From: Octopus vulgaris
Lineage: Eukaryota
Assembly (NCBI GenBank): GCA_951406725.2
Contig: OX597831.1
Span: forward strand, 186,001-250,000
DNA length: 64,000 bases
Direction: 5' to 3'
Positions 46,793 to 62,266 of the stretch are shown here, piece by piece. Position 1 is the first letter of the stretch; each line of letters opens with the position of its first letter. A model generated the notes under the pieces. It was given only the letters and a program-made list of their open reading frames with translations, was not told the DNA's origin and did no database searches. The position numbers and the translations under genes are program-made.

Positions 46793-48277
46793 ATATGTTT
46801 GTGTGTCTGTGTTTGTCCCCCTAGCATTGCTTGACAACTGATGCTGGTGTGTTTACGTCCCCATAACTTAGCGGTTTGCCAAAGACTAAAGGCGGTGCTC
46901 CAGCATGGCCACAGTCAAATGACTGAAACAAGTAAAAGAGAGTAACACTTGAAAAAAAGGCTCAGGATCTATGTTTTCCAAGCAGGCACAATAAAAAATA
47001 TAAACTACTGCAGAGCAAGAAACCTGATTATCATTTATGTAGCTAACACTAGCATAGCTAGAGTGTGTGCTGCCTGGGGGTAGCCCTTCCATTTGTCACC
47101 CTCGGACCCCACAAAAAAATACATATTGCCTGCAGCAGACCCAAAAAAGCGACACCCCCACTTAAAAGTGCCACCCGGGACAGACCACCCCTACCACCCC
47201 CTAGTGGTAGCAAGTTTAATTCTTTTGATATTAACCCACTTGAGACTACCCTGATTCAATGATACAAATTGGTACTTAGGACACATCACATACCCTGCTA
47301 CCTGGCCCATCTTAGTTACGCCACTAAGTGACAGATGCAGATGGGTATTTCGTTAGGGCAGTGGTTGGTTCTCAACCCATTTTAATCTATGGACTGCTTT
47401 GATTACTATTTTATTTTGGTGGACCCCTTGCCACTTGATACAAAATTTCTATTTCCTTTTCCTACATTAAGTTGTGTAGATTGAACTATTTAACATGTTT
47501 AATAAAAAATCTCAGGTGTTTCTTGCAATAAATGCATCTGAATCAAAACTATTGTGGATCCTCAGTTTACTATTTTGCTTGCATGGAGCCCCCAAAATCT
47601 TATATGGACCCTGAGAGGTCATATGGACTCTAGTTAAGAACCACTGTGCTAGGATATATTCAATGCTTCAGCAGTAACAGTTCATACAAGAAGGCTGTGA
47701 CATTGCTAAAACAACAAAAATAGCAGTAACAGCTTATAGGCTATCTTGAGATTTTCAGATGTTATATTTGAACTTGGTAGCTTAAATTCTTGAGAAAAAT
47801 TTTAAAGCATATAATTCCTTGGATAAATTGTTTATCTAAAGTTAGCCTTGATTAAACAGGGATAAATTTAGAATTTAACATTTTGAGCTTTGTCCTTTGT
47901 AGCATAAGAATGAAAGAATGAGAAAAGACAAGGTAGCATTGTGGTTGTTTAATCCCGGGTTCGATTGAGCGAACCTGTAGCTAAAAGTACTTTAGTCAAC
48001 ACGCGTCCTTTCACCAGCCATTTTGTTTCACCTTGCAAACATCCACAAAGCAAAATGCCCAATCATCGACTTGCAGCTAAACTGAACATGAATTTCATGA
48101 ATATGACACGTGTCAGAAGGCCTGTGAAGATCTTGGTCCTATTCCTACCTTCTGGCTAAACCATTAATATATATATATATATACTTATGTGAGTGTGTGC
48201 GTGTGTATATACACACACATACGTATATACATACATATCTATGTATTTTAATGGTGTTAGTCAGGAGATAGGAATGT

Positions 48278-48326
<49 letters not shown>

Positions 48327-51300
48327 CATATACACATGCATATATGTGTATGTATATATATATATATATACACATACATATACATATACACATGCATATA
48401 TGTGTATGTATTTAGGCTTTTTATAAATAATGTGTATATCTAGTATACACACCTGAGCGACATATTTCGCCACGTTTAAGCACCCACCCCTATATACACA
48501 CACATGTAATTGTATGTATGTATATATGTAAGCATGCATGTATGTATGCCTTTTAAACTAAGGCTGTGTGCAAATATACTGTATATTCGATAAACTGAAA
48601 GACTTTTGGGACAGTGTATCTCTGTTCGTACACATGAATGTGCTTGCATCTAGGAAGATGTGTATTTCCATCCAATAATGTTTGCACATATGCAATGTGT
48701 ATATATTTATTTACATTAACATGCACGTATGGATGTGTATATAAACGCAAATGTCTTTGTGTGACTATGACATACATATTTGCATGTCACATTTATATAT
48801 TATAGATGACCTAACGGGATTGTCTTAATTTAATACTTATCAAAATGACGACATTGATTAATTAAATGTGTGTATGTATGTATACGTACACACATATATA
48901 TGTACATGCACGCGAGTGTATGTAAGAACGGAAAAGTCATTATATACTTGTGCTAAAAACCCTAATCTCAATTAACCTTCACCCGTCCACATGCATGTGT
49001 GTGTGTATATATATATAGATACAAACACATATGCACATGGTGACTATATATATGTATGTATATATATATATATATTCACGCTTTTATATATCAATAACCC
49101 ATTATTAGTGTTGTTTTAATAATAACAACGTTCTCCTGCAGTATTTAAGATGTGGTGAGGGTATAATATTGTCAGTGTAATGATGATTTACGGCACCCAG
49201 TTGAGTGTCACTTAATCATCCATAACACTTCAGTTGGCTTGGAACATTTTGATGAAATGAATATGAATAATAAAAATAATAATAAATAAAGCTTCTAAGA
49301 AGTAAAGTTTAATAATTTGTGCTACATATTTTAAAAAGGCATATGGCGTAAGGGGGTGTCGGTGTCGTCAATGGATAAAAACAAAACAGGAAAAGGCGTA
49401 GGGATTTGAAAAATTAGTAAATCCCCAAAGCACCATGGTAGAGTTTTGGGTAATAGAGACGGCCACCATGTTTTTATCTTTTTGAAAAGCACACTTTGAT
49501 TTATATAATGACACCGTGTGACCAACTTATTAAGCATTGATCTAATTTATTTATTTATTTATTCGATTATCTCTTGGAAGTTATTTTCGATATTAAAGAA
49601 ATATACCCGAACTGTTAAAATAAAAATAAAAAAACTATATTAAGCTCTTTTTTTCCCCTCTGTTATATATATATATATATTTTCAAATGGTAATGTTGTT
49701 TAGCTCCAGGTTATCCCTAATTGAACAGAACTTCAGATCAGATCAAAGGCGTTCCATCCATGATCACCCAGTTGTCTATATCTGGGACTATATTGCAAAG
49801 TGTCCTTCGTTTCTTGACACGTAGGGTGTGACTGAGGGAGATTTTGGCTGCTATCTCTAGCACCGAGCAACCGCATAGAAGCTTCACACGTTAGCATCGA
49901 TGGTAGTAACGAGAATAGCTGAGTTACCATTTCGATTTCTAGTTAAAGCCATTTCTTCATACATATATTTTTTTCCAGTTGCTATATATTGCATACGTCA
50001 TTAATGACCTTGTAGAAGACATGAACGTCAACACATCATATATTTCCACCATCTTCACCCATTAATAACGACTCTTTTACGATAACAACCAAATATTCCC
50101 CCATCAATTATTATTGCCATAAGAACCATCAGAAATGTTAAGCTCGCCACTATTTATCTTAAAGTGTTTATTTATTTAAGTTTCATTCAACTCAAACATT
50201 TTGAGTTCAAATACGGCTCAGGTCGACCTTGCTTTTCATCTATCTACCTATCTATCCAGGGCATTAAAACAAACAACAGAAATGACTAGATGTATATACT
50301 AAGTGCCAATTAACTCGACTTCTCTCTTAGAAAGGATTCAAATGATGAAGAGTGGAAAAGAAATCTATTATCGTTTCTGACTCAAAGTGATAAACAAAAA
50401 TTTATTTGATGGTGTCTTGCTCCGAAACTGTGGGAAGTTTAGAATTAAATGTTTTATCTTCTTCCCCCTTAATTGAATCAATATTGATTTTTAAAGAAAA
50501 ATGTTAGGCAATTAATTAAGTAGTTGCTAGGGTGGTTGTTGTTGTTGTTATTGTTGAGCTCTGATCAAGTATACCAATGATCAAAGCCATTCTAGCTGTG
50601 ACCACCCTGTCTTTTTCTACTGCAGGGAGCTCGCAATTATATTCGTGTTTTTTCCCCCCTAACAGTCAGTACAGGCGTGATTTGAGGGTTAACTTGACTG
50701 CTATTTCTAGCAAACGGAGCGACCTCGTGGATATTGTTGTTTAATCCCAGGTCAAGTCTGAAGGAGCAAAACATATGATCAATGATCTTCCAACTATGAC
50801 TGTCCCGCCTTTTTGTTTGCTTTAGAAATTGTGTTTATAGGGCCCACATTCTGTAATGTATTTTAAAAACACGATAGGGAGTGATTTAAGGGAGATTTCG
50901 TTGCTATTTCTGCAGGTTAAGCGACCGCACAGACCTGGTTCATTTTGTGGTGTTGTTGATGATGATGATGGCGATGGTGGGTGTTAAACCACATGGACAA
51001 AAATAGGAAAAGAAAATGTTGCATCGCTTCTATTATTAAATCACTCTTCACAATAACAACAGCAAGCGATTAAGGGTCATTGTATCAGTGTATTTTATAT
51101 ATACACACACATGAAAACAAAAACATGTAGAATTTAATTTTTATACGTATATATTTTAACGTAGATAATTTTATATACGAGTATGTATAAAAATATACAT
51201 ACATATGCATATATTATTCCTGCATTATATACATACACACACAAATATTCTTTTACGAATGGGTATTTATATGAGCGTATATATATGCATTACACATACT

Positions 51301-52368
51301 ACATCGGAGCACGGGTAACATTTTTTTCGAAGAAGCGGGCCGCATGAGACAGCTTATCAGGCAAGCCGCAGTTTGCCATTCGTACACGTACATACACACA
51401 CTGTGTGAGTGTGTACATATATATATATATAAACACACACACACATATATATATATACACACAAGATGGAGACAATTGTGTTTGCTACTTCACCAAGGGG
51501 ATTTGTGTGTGGGCCGCTCGAACTGTTCAGATCACATTATATACACACACACACAAAAAAAAAAAGGGAAAGAAAAGGAGGAAGGCCATAGCGAGATCGC
51601 ATTTGATCTTAGGTCAGCTCCATCATGACTGTCTTTGGGTTAAATAAACCTATGATTTATAACTAAGAGTGTATAATATATGTTTATATATATAGCCATT
51701 GGCAACACTCACAAATGCATATATGAGTGTATTGTATGTGTGTGTGTGTACAAGGGCTCAGCTCACTATATTTGTATCTTAGCTTATATAGCAGAATAGA
51801 ATATGGTGTAATATATATACACTTAGAAGGTAAAACGAAGTCAATTAGACCAGTCTTAAAATGCACCAGCCTGGTGTTATATATCCATCCCTACACATTC
51901 ATTCACACATTTTACTGAAGCTTGGAAAACTTCAGTTTGTGAAGTTCTTTCAGCTTCAATAAAATAATACTGTACTCTACCTTTGGTATTCGAGTACTAT
52001 TTTCTCCACCTTATTTTGCACCTACGTGCTTATATGCGCGTGTGTGTGTGTGCATACATTGAGAGAAAGAGAGAAAATGTATACCATAGATAAACTTTTA
52101 TTTGCTGACTTTACTATAGGCGTGACGCAAGGGCTTGCAGTTTCATGGCAAGTTTCTAGTCAGTGTACACACATACATATATATATATATATATGTATGC
52201 ATACAGACATGCCTACATGTTTGTTTTGCTAAAGTGCTCTTTAGTCAGGCCTTGATCAATTGTCTCAAATCAACTACTCAAAATTAATTTAAAATGAGAT
52301 GATATTACATGTTATGTAATAACATGTAATAATGCTATCTTTATGTGTGTATAGAGATATGTATGCAT

Positions 52369-52450
<82 letters not shown>

Positions 52451-53118
52451 ATGTATATGAATACACATACAGAAAAGGGGGAGCTGTAGATCAATGCTTG
52501 TGTATGTCTGTATCAATCAATCAATCAATCAATGTATCTATCTATCTATCTATTACTGTGTATATAGAACTGCTGTTATAATTCTATGAACACCTATGAG
52601 TGTATATAACAAAAACAATAAAGAACAATGTTAGGTTGTTATCACAGGATATTTTTGGTAGAAAATGTTAAAACTTCTCTCAGACTTAATCTGACACACT
52701 TTCAGAAATTTTTCTCTTTTAATATCGATCCTGTGCATTAGTCCTGCTATGACAAAATTATAATGTATCATAATTAATATAATTATATTATAACAAATAT
52801 AGGACGGAATTATATGTGTTGTGTAATTCTGGGTAAAGTTTAAGGTTTATTAAAGTCTTTATGTCGATGGCAGAGTTTCTAACGCCATAGAAACTTCAGA
52901 AACTTTAAACTCCACCAATAAATACAAGTTTTTCCTACTCAAGCCCACCACCAGTTTCACTTGATTTTAGTATTTTGACCCATATATGTGTGTGTGCAAA
53001 TATATGTATATGCATGTAAATATCCATCATTTTTTGGATTTAGTCAACGTTCTATATCGCTCTAAACCTAGTTTATGGAGCACTCTTGTGGATTTCTGCG
53101 TTAAGATGTAGTTTAACG

Positions 53119-53155
<37 letters not shown>

Positions 53156-53156
<1 letters not shown>

Positions 53157-53193
53157 TGTCTGATGAACGGCAACGAGAAACTCAGAGTAACAG
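53156..53193 (+). ncRNA. Minimal type I hammerhead ribozyme motif
   Basis: ctgt CTGATGA a-cg-gcaa-cg-a GAAA ctcagag TA acag. Quasi-palindromic stem III ACTC-A-GAGT, GUA site, AATAAA about 25 nt downstream; element embedded in (TA)n. Confidence 0.7.
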
Positions 53194-53224
53194 ATTTGTT
53201 GAATTTTCTGCTGCTTTAAATAAA

Positions 53225-53263
<39 letters not shown>

Positions 53264-53328
53264 AATTTTATTCAGGTGTATTATATGAGTGTGTGTACAA
53301 ATGTATACGTGTTTGCATAGATATACAT

Positions 53329-53416
<88 letters not shown>

Positions 53417-55277
53417 AACTCTTTTTCCCTAGGGACATGCTTATAAATAAAATCTAATATTCAAACTCCCGATTTTTTTACATTTCGCTGCATAGGTATA
53501 AAGCCCCCACATATTTGTGTCATGACAGATAAAACGGGTCTTGTTTGGTCCTAATATATAGTTCATTATTTATAAGTCAATTATTCACAGATCCCTGAGG
53601 TAGACTGGATTGACACAAAGTCGGACTCATTTTAATAATGATTTTTAATTTAGGCATAATGCCAGCATCTTTTTTTTTTCTATTAGGAGAGAGGATTAAT
53701 CGATTCTATCTGGTACTTCGTTTTATCGACCCCGATAAAAAAAAGTTGAACTCAAGGGATTTGAGTGATTTGGTTAGCTCGCCACCTTTAATCCACATGA
53801 ATGTTTCCTTTAACTGGATTTGAACTCTGGATTATTTCATGGGTGGAAGGGAGGGAGAAAAGACATAACGATATTTTTTTACTACGAGGGAGAAATGAGT
53901 TCTTGTGATGTTCATGCCTTTCCCAGAAGCTATTGCATTGTTTTACAGCGTTAGTATCATTACCTTGGCCTAGGACCTTCTAAGAAGGTAACGGGTATAT
54001 AACTAAAAGTACAGACTGCAGTCAGTTACTGGTACCAATTTTATCGACCCGCGAGGAATGAATGAAATGCAAAAACCCGTTCATTTCTAAGACATCAGAA
54101 CTAAGATTTATAGGGATGATGAAATGATTAAAGTTTATGCGTTATTCAATAGACGTTGATTAACCCTAATCTAGTAGACCTGTGATCCAACACTATTATA
54201 TGGCTCTTGGGTACCTTTGGTGAGGTACAGTCTCTGACAAGAAATTTAGGTTACGTCTCCTCCGGTCGAGGTTACCGTCACCCTTACCTCCCATTAGTTA
54301 TCGAGGCCCCCCCGAAATGGGTCACGGGTGCAGCCTTTCATCCCTCAATGAGTAATAAATATAAAAAGCATTCCAGTTGTGATCATCCCTTTCATCTCGA
54401 AGGGCTTTGTAAGACTGTGATTTAATGTCGTTTGCTTAAGACAATAAGGTTTCGCTCTTATTTTTAGCAGTACGAGTGGCCACATGGCTCGCGTCTCGTA
54501 TGTGAAGAGAAATAGTTTAGCTGTATTATTAACCAAGATCAAGCTAATCCTTGATTAAAGACATTTCAACTATGACTATCACATCTTTTTAGGAGCATGT
54601 TGAGTACTACTTTATACTGCCTTTACGTGATTATAGGGAGATTTGGCTGATATTTCTAGCAAGTCGAACGTCTCATTCCTCACGTACACGAATTGTGTAA
54701 CTCGGAGTAATGGTTAATGAAGTTTTTAGTTTATAATAAAGATGATAGAACCAGTTACAGTATGTAAAGTATTATTTATCCGTGTTCGCAAAATTCCTTG
54801 AGCAATTCTTTCAACATCTTGTTCATTACATCGTAAACTTATGAGCCAGTTTCAATCCCTAGGCTTTCGTAATACTCAATAAACAAATATCAACTTTGTA
54901 CGGTATTCCAGTAAATTTGATATTATGGACCACTTGACATGTCGGTGTATATATTATATATACACTCACACACACACACAGAATGCCAGTAAGTCATTAG
55001 GATGTGCTATATCTCTTTCGTAACTAAGTAGAAATTATTTCATCAACTCCCTCATTTCACGTCTCAGATGAGCAGCATGACACTGATCGATAATCAAGAG
55101 AGGAGAATACATAAGGTAAAATGGCTTGGATTTATTCCTTCCGCATGATTGATAATTATAAATAAGTATAGATGAAAACATATTTTTTAATGTTTCATAT
55201 AATTGCAAGCGGAGAGACTAGGAGGAGCAAGATGAAGTTGTTATCTGTTAAGCGGGGTGCCCCATGGCCAGTGGAGC

Positions 55278-55500
55278 ACTTACCGGACGTTAAAAGATTT
55301 TTAGTTATTTAGTTTATATTTAGTTTATTGTCAGTGTCAGCCAATCGGATTTGAACTGGCTTTCCCGCCCTACACAGTTTCAGTGCAGACGGTGGAGGCC
55401 TCTGCTTTGCTGCGGCTCACTGTGTTTTTTCTCTCTTTAAAGAGTATATACATACACATATATATATACCATGGTCGGAGGAGGAAGCCAGTATAAATAC
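55278..55500 (-). promoter_or_regulatory. Candidate promoter and short first exon
   Basis: On the minus strand: GC box GGGCGGGA (about 55362-55370), inverted CCAAT box (about 55340), then consensus donor CCG|GTAAGT at 55283-55278. No downstream coding exon identified. Confidence 0.25.
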
Positions 55501-57400
55501 AATATAGAGCCAACTCAAGTGAGTAATCATATATACACATATACATGCATACGTATATATATGTAATACATGCAAACATGTATGTTTATACAGATGATAT
55601 GTAGATATATGTCTATAGTCTTAACCTTATGTCGCTACTTTTTAATCACCATCATAGACACACAGACATGTTCATTCGCGTCATATTCACATCATTACTG
55701 ATGTAAATTATTAAATCTTTTATTTTACAGCTTGTTATTAAATTACATATTTCTTGAAAATTAATTCAATTTTTAAAGTGATCGCTGTAATATCTATTAG
55801 GTGGGTGTACACAGCATATACTTATTTTAAATATATTTTATATATTAAATATACATCTAAATTTTTAATATTTCTTGCCAATATATAATCAGCAGGTTTC
55901 ACAATTATCTCCCCTTAGTCTTTGTTGCCATCGCTCCCTCCTCTTCCCACTCTTTATCTCCTACCATGTCTATATCACATCACTTTTCTTCCCCCTCTAT
56001 ATGTAATCCCTTTAACCTCCTCTTACTTAATCTAATCTTATCTTTCTTCACATATTTCTTTTCGACCTCTTCGCATTCCTCCCACTTTAATTAACAGTTT
56101 CTATCTTTCTAATTGCTCCCCACTTCTAAAACTATCCTCCCAATTTTTCCCTCTTTTTAATTCCCTCGTCTTTATTTCTCTCTTGCAACTTAATTTTATG
56201 AATGCCTCTTATGTACTCTCTATTCAGTTTACTATTTTTTGAAACTTTCTTTTTTACATCATGTTTTTATTTTGATTTTCAAATCATATCTTTCCCATTT
56301 TTTAAAATCAATACTTGGCACTTTTTTATATGAAGAACATAAAACTGATTTTCGTTTCGTTTCCCAAGCACAGCGTTTTTTATTTTATACGTGCCCTCAT
56401 GTTTACACAATTCACGCTGTCGGTATATATTACATTATATTTCTGTAGTAAATGCGTGACATTTTTAGTTATATATTTTGATTTATTTCCTGTAGATGTA
56501 TTAAATATTTCTCTTATTTTTTTTTTGTATTGAATATCGGTTAGAATAAGGACATGGTAAAACGTGGCCCTAGTTAGTGTAAACGAAACGAAGAGCTATT
56601 TTTACTCCCCCTCCTCTTCTCCGCTTTCACTATTCATTTCATTTAAATTCTTTACTTTTCACTCCCTCTCCTCACATTCGCTCATTTCTTTGAGTTAGTT
56701 TTTTTTCTCTCTCGTCTAACTTCATTAAAAAATTTAAAATCCCAGTTTATTAAAAATTCTTTTATCCACTCTTTATCAAATCCATTCAATAGCTTTCCAG
56801 ATCCTACGAAACTGCTGTCATGGCGATGCCGGCACACCGAGGCCGACATTCGGAAAGCAGAGGAAACGAACAGCTTTTATTTTCTTGTTTTGAAAATCGA
56901 CCACCTCGGTGTTTGTTTTTGTATTTTAACCGCGTAAATTTAAAATAACAACAAACCTATGTCATGAAACTAGAATGTTGAAAAAAGACTAAGCTAATCG
57001 ATTATTAACAGATATAAAAGATTTCATTTCAAATCAACACTTTATTTGTAGAATTTTATTTGCTAATAATAATAAGTTAAAGTTTAAATCTTTAAAAAAG
57101 TTTGATTTTTTTTTTTTTAAATTTAAATTCTCAATTTCCCGTTTTGTATTTATTGACTGACATAAGTTTTCAATTTTTCACAGTTAAAACCACCAAATGT
57201 CCGTTCTCTTTCTCTCTGATCGCTCGCTTGAAGTGAATCAAAGCAATGCAAACCAACCAGCCTGTCAGCTTTCAGCCCAACCGACAAAAACATGGTCGCC
57301 ATGTCTGAATTTACTGTAGTTTGTATGTTTGCTTCTCCAATGGAGGAAGGAAATGTGGTAGCCGCCATATTCTTTGCTTAAACTCACCTCTCACTACAAT

Positions 57401-57720
57401 CTTCATTTGCTTTTCCCTCTACTTCACCCTCTCTTCATTTGCTTTTCCCTCTATTTCACCCTCCCTTCATTTGCTTTTCCCATATTTCACCCTCTCTTCA
57501 TTTGCTTTTCCCTCTATTTCACCCTCCCTCCATTTGCTTTTCCCCTCTATTTCACCCTCCCTTCATCTGCTTTTCCCTCTATTTTACCCTCTCTTCCTTT
57601 GCCTTTCCCTCTATTTCACCCTCTCTTCATCTGCTTTTCCCTCTATTTCACCCTCTCTTCATTTGCTTTTCCCTCTATTTCACCCTCCCTTCATTTGCTT
57701 TTCCCTCTATTTCACCCTCC
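57401..57720. repeat. 32-bp pyrimidine-rich minisatellite, about 10 copies
   Basis: Unit CTTCATTTGCTTTTCCCTCTATTTCACCCTCY; accounts for the three overlapping spurious ORFs. Confidence 0.9.
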
Positions 57721-58959
57721 CTCTCTCTCTCTCTCTTTCGCTCATTTACTTGTCTTTCATTCTAACGTTTACCCTTCCTTCTGACACCCTCTCTAATTTG
57801 CTTCTCTCTCTCTCTGTCGTTATTACATATACTCTTCCTTCTACTCCGTCTGCGCTATTACTTCTTTTCTCTCGTTACTTTCTACCCCCTCCTACTCTCA
57901 TTCATTAGCTTATTTCTTTTACTCTCCTTTCTTACCCCCTCCCTATTAATCATCGTTTTCTTTCTGTTTTGTCTTTCCTCCTCTCTCCTTTTTTCTTCAA
58001 CTTTTATACCCTCCCCCCACCTTTTCTTTTACTCAATCCTCGTTTACCCTTTCTATATTTCTCCTCCCCTTAACTCTCTTAATCCCTCTATTTGTTTCCT
58101 CTCTTTCTCTCTCAACCAACATGGCTACTGATTACTCTCTCTTTCTCCCACCTCTCTCTCTTTGTAGTACAAAGGAATTGAGCGACAATGCTTCTTTTCA
58201 AAGGGCAAAATTAGAAAAGAAAAAAAAAAAATTTAGCATTGTATTAAATTGTAGACTCACTAGTTTTTATGGGAGAAAGAATAACAACGACAATAATAAT
58301 CATGATCGTTAACTATCTTAGAGTTACGGGTTGTCTTGAAATTGTTTAACCCTAAGTCAGTTCTGATGGAGCTGACCGTATGATCAAAGGAGCAAAAGTA
58401 TTCCAGACTTGCTATCAGACACAATGTGTCCTTCCACGTTTTAAAGACACTATGGTTTTTATGGAGTGGGAGAGATTTGGTTCCTATTTCTAGCGGTTCT
58501 AAACTGACCACTTTGAGCAGGCATGGACAACCACTTTTGAGAAGCGGGTCCTCCATGAGACAGTTTCATATTCTGGCGGGCCGCACTACTGAAAAATTCA
58601 AGGTAATTTTTCGGTAGGCGTACCACTCAGAAAGACACTCGGGCCGCAGGTTGACCATCATGAGTGACTTAAAGGTTACTAAGTTGATGGAAAGTTGCGA
58701 AGTTTACGACCACCCCACCCTCTCTTTATGTCTTTAAATGGTTCTATAGAAAAAGATAATTTCCTCATATAATGACAGCAAAGATCAACTACCTATTCGA
58801 GTTTTAACTATATTAAATTGAGTGTTATCTAGTCTTCTCCCCTCCTCTCTAATTAGTTTATGATAACAATTTAATTGTAATTGCTCCACTACTTCTGATT
58901 GGCATTTTTTGATATTTAGTTGTATCAACTATATTTTTTTCGTTGACTTAGTTCTATTT

Positions 58960-58999
<40 letters not shown>

Positions 59000-59121
59000 C
59001 CAATTAAGGACTGAACACGAAAAAGTGGACAGTCAACATGCTAGATATAGACGTCAAATCGCCATTCTCCACAAAAGATTATGTTCTCAGATCAAACTCA
59101 ACACCAACCAATTAATTTTAA

Positions 59122-59170
<49 letters not shown>

Positions 59171-62068
59171 GGAAATTGAGCGGCCATCAATAATTTTGGT
59201 AGTAATATCTGTGCCAAAATTTGAAACTAATATTTCGAATCTACATTTGTGTGTTTACACAAACATATTTGCGTATATATATACATACATATGTATCTAT
59301 ACAGATATATGTATGGGTATATGCATTTATCTTATATATGTGTGTGTGTATACATACGTATATATTGTCCACAAATGTAGTGTGTGTGACTAACTTTTAC
59401 TTTCTATTTAATGATTATATATCTTAAAGAAACATTAAAAGTTTGTATATCATTACAACCATCGTGTCACCATCGAAAAATGGGTGTCAAATCCACAATA
59501 GATTTTTTTTGTTAATCTAGTAACAAACATCCATCCATCCAAACGTTTCATTCTGGTTGTATGAAGGTAACAGTCAAATGTTTGTTTCTTTTTTCTCTCT
59601 ATCGTAATATAGACATTGTAATTGAGAGGAGCCACCCGTTTTGAAACCAACTGATTAAAAGTCTAAAAAGAAACCTACACACAGCAGGTGATTTGTCTTG
59701 GCTGTACGTTGCGATCCATTTGAACCATAATGTTCGGATGTGTTTGTCTAAACACGTGTATGTACTTAAGTAAATGTATGTATTTATGCATGCATACATG
59801 TGTGTAGAGGATGCATATGCATTGTGTGTATATGATGGACGTGTGTTCATGTATAAAGTATATATTTTGTGGAATATCTAAGGACATGTATGATTATATA
59901 TGTGTATATATATATATATGTATGTATACAGTGTATATAGTCTTTACACTATATATGCGCATACATACAGTGTATATTACCTAAGACCTCCACTATCTAT
60001 AAGAATCGCTGTTTTTATAATTACTTTATTTATAGTACAAATCTTTTCATATTTATTGCACCGTCTGGGACTTTTCTATCTCACTTCAGAATTTATCTAC
60101 CACACTCACGTGTTTTTTCCTGTCACTCATTCACTCAACTCCTACTCACATAAATCTCACACACAAACCACAATCAACTACCGCATTCACTCACACTCAT
60201 TTAGCTATCAATCTACCACACTCGCACAGACGTCTATCTATCTATCTACCACACTCATATCTCTTATGTCATTCAGTCAGTCATTTAAATCATTCACTCA
60301 CCAATGTTTACTCATAATCTCTCTCTCCCGCCATTTGATGCTCAACATTTCCCTTTTATCAATTCTCCCACGAAGCACCGCCTCTACCACAGCATTTTAA
60401 AGATCGATAGACAAACAAAAAAAAACAACAAACTTCCAGATTTCTTATTGCAAGTATTGTTATTATTATTATTATTGTTATTAGACTTTTGTTTCTTAAT
60501 TTTACCCCAGTTTCCTGTCTCAAACTAAACTAATAGCTACCCAACTACCTACATACCTAACAAAAACTTTCATTCATCATTCACTAATTTTGTTGGCTGA
60601 TGGCAAGGTTCACCTTCTATATTTTCCTACCACACTAGCATGTTTGTGGAGTGTATAGAGGAACACAGATTTAAATGGTAAACACATATTTTTATGTTTT
60701 CATTGTGGTGGAGTTTTAATTCTTCCACCATATGAGTGTGTGTGTAATTTTAACTATATATTGTGTGTATATTTTTGTTTGTTGTGATTTATTGAATCGC
60801 TTGTATACACACACACACACACATCTTTGCTTTTAGAAGTGTGAACAATATAACGTACAATATGCATACGTTAAACCTGAAAGGGCGTGGAATCCGGATT
60901 TATATATATGTATATATATACATACACACACACACATACAGTGTGTACGTATATGTGTGTACTTTTCTCTTCATCCATTCTCTTCCCTGTCAATTATTCC
61001 TAAAGGCCATCTTTATCATCTTCACCTACACAAAGTTGTCTATTTAAGATAAGTGAATTACATATAACAGCGAAGTGCTTTTTTTCTGTCATTGGTATGG
61101 TATGGCATGGATGGAAGTTTGAGGTCAGAGCTCCCTTTTTTTTTGGAAAAAATATATATATACATTCACACATATTGCTGTTTAATCCCAACTAAGCCTT
61201 ATGATCGCTGCATTTCAAATCATAAGCTTATTTTTTTTCGGGTACACTGTTCCTAGACAACTCTAATCCAATGTTCGTTCCTTTTGCTAAGAAGGCCAAA
61301 TGTAATTTGAGGGCAATTTAATGGTTATTTCCTGCAAATTGAGGATCCTTCCTTCCTTGATAGCTCATTTATGCACACAAACACACATATTGCATAAATA
61401 TCATATTGTAGTTCTTTTGTGTCAACCTCATGGTTGTGGTCAGGCTTGGATAGATACAGAGATAATCTCGTTAAAGACCTTGTCTATTTTTAAAACAAAC
61501 TCTCCACTCCATTCTGATATCTCGAGTCAACGAGAAAGCCTCTATGTGGTTGTTTCATATCCTAGAAATAGCTCCTGTTCTCCTAGAATAATAGCATCTC
61601 ATTGTTTCTAAAAAACACAAATTAATAAAACAACAGTGCATTATGAGGCAGTGTAATCCTGGATACAGGAAAAGACACGGTGGTCTGGATTGGAATACTT
61701 TTGATCGTTGTTTTGTTAGATCCAACTGACCCAGGGTTAAACAATAACTCTAATCTGTGTTTCTTCCACCGGTTTTTCATTCAAATTTCTCTTCTCAACA
61801 CGTGTGGACCACCTTTTGTTGTTGATGTTCTTCCATCGGTTTTATTTTTAATGTGTGGGTAAGGTTTAAGTTTAAAATATTTTTAAAGAAAATCAAACAT
61901 TTTTTATTTGTGCTGTTGTTTGTTATGCCTGGATTGTGAAAGATTTTATTTCGTTTATTAATATTTTTTTCTCCCTCCATTCATATCAAACATTGTTATT
62001 CTGAATATTTTATTTATATAACAATAGAAATGGTGAATGTGTATGTATATATATATATATTCACACAC

Positions 62069-62114
62069 AGTAATCCTTCAATTTAAATCAAGCATGAACA
62101 GATGTGTGTGTGTG

Positions 62115-62164
<50 letters not shown>

Positions 62165-62231
62165 TTTAAATCAAGCATGAACAGATGTGTGTGTATGTTC
62201 TTGTCCATGTTGTATTTTTCTACATACCTTA

Positions 62232-62266
<35 letters not shown>

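Noticed and set aside
51901-52020. Penelope-like terminus with CTGAAG...GAAA
   Set aside because: Core incomplete and stem II absent; at most a decayed remnant. The hairpin at 52870-52905 was set aside for the same reason.
57321-57908. 195/136/108-aa hydrophobic ORFs
   Set aside because: Translation of a stop-free 32-bp pyrimidine minisatellite.
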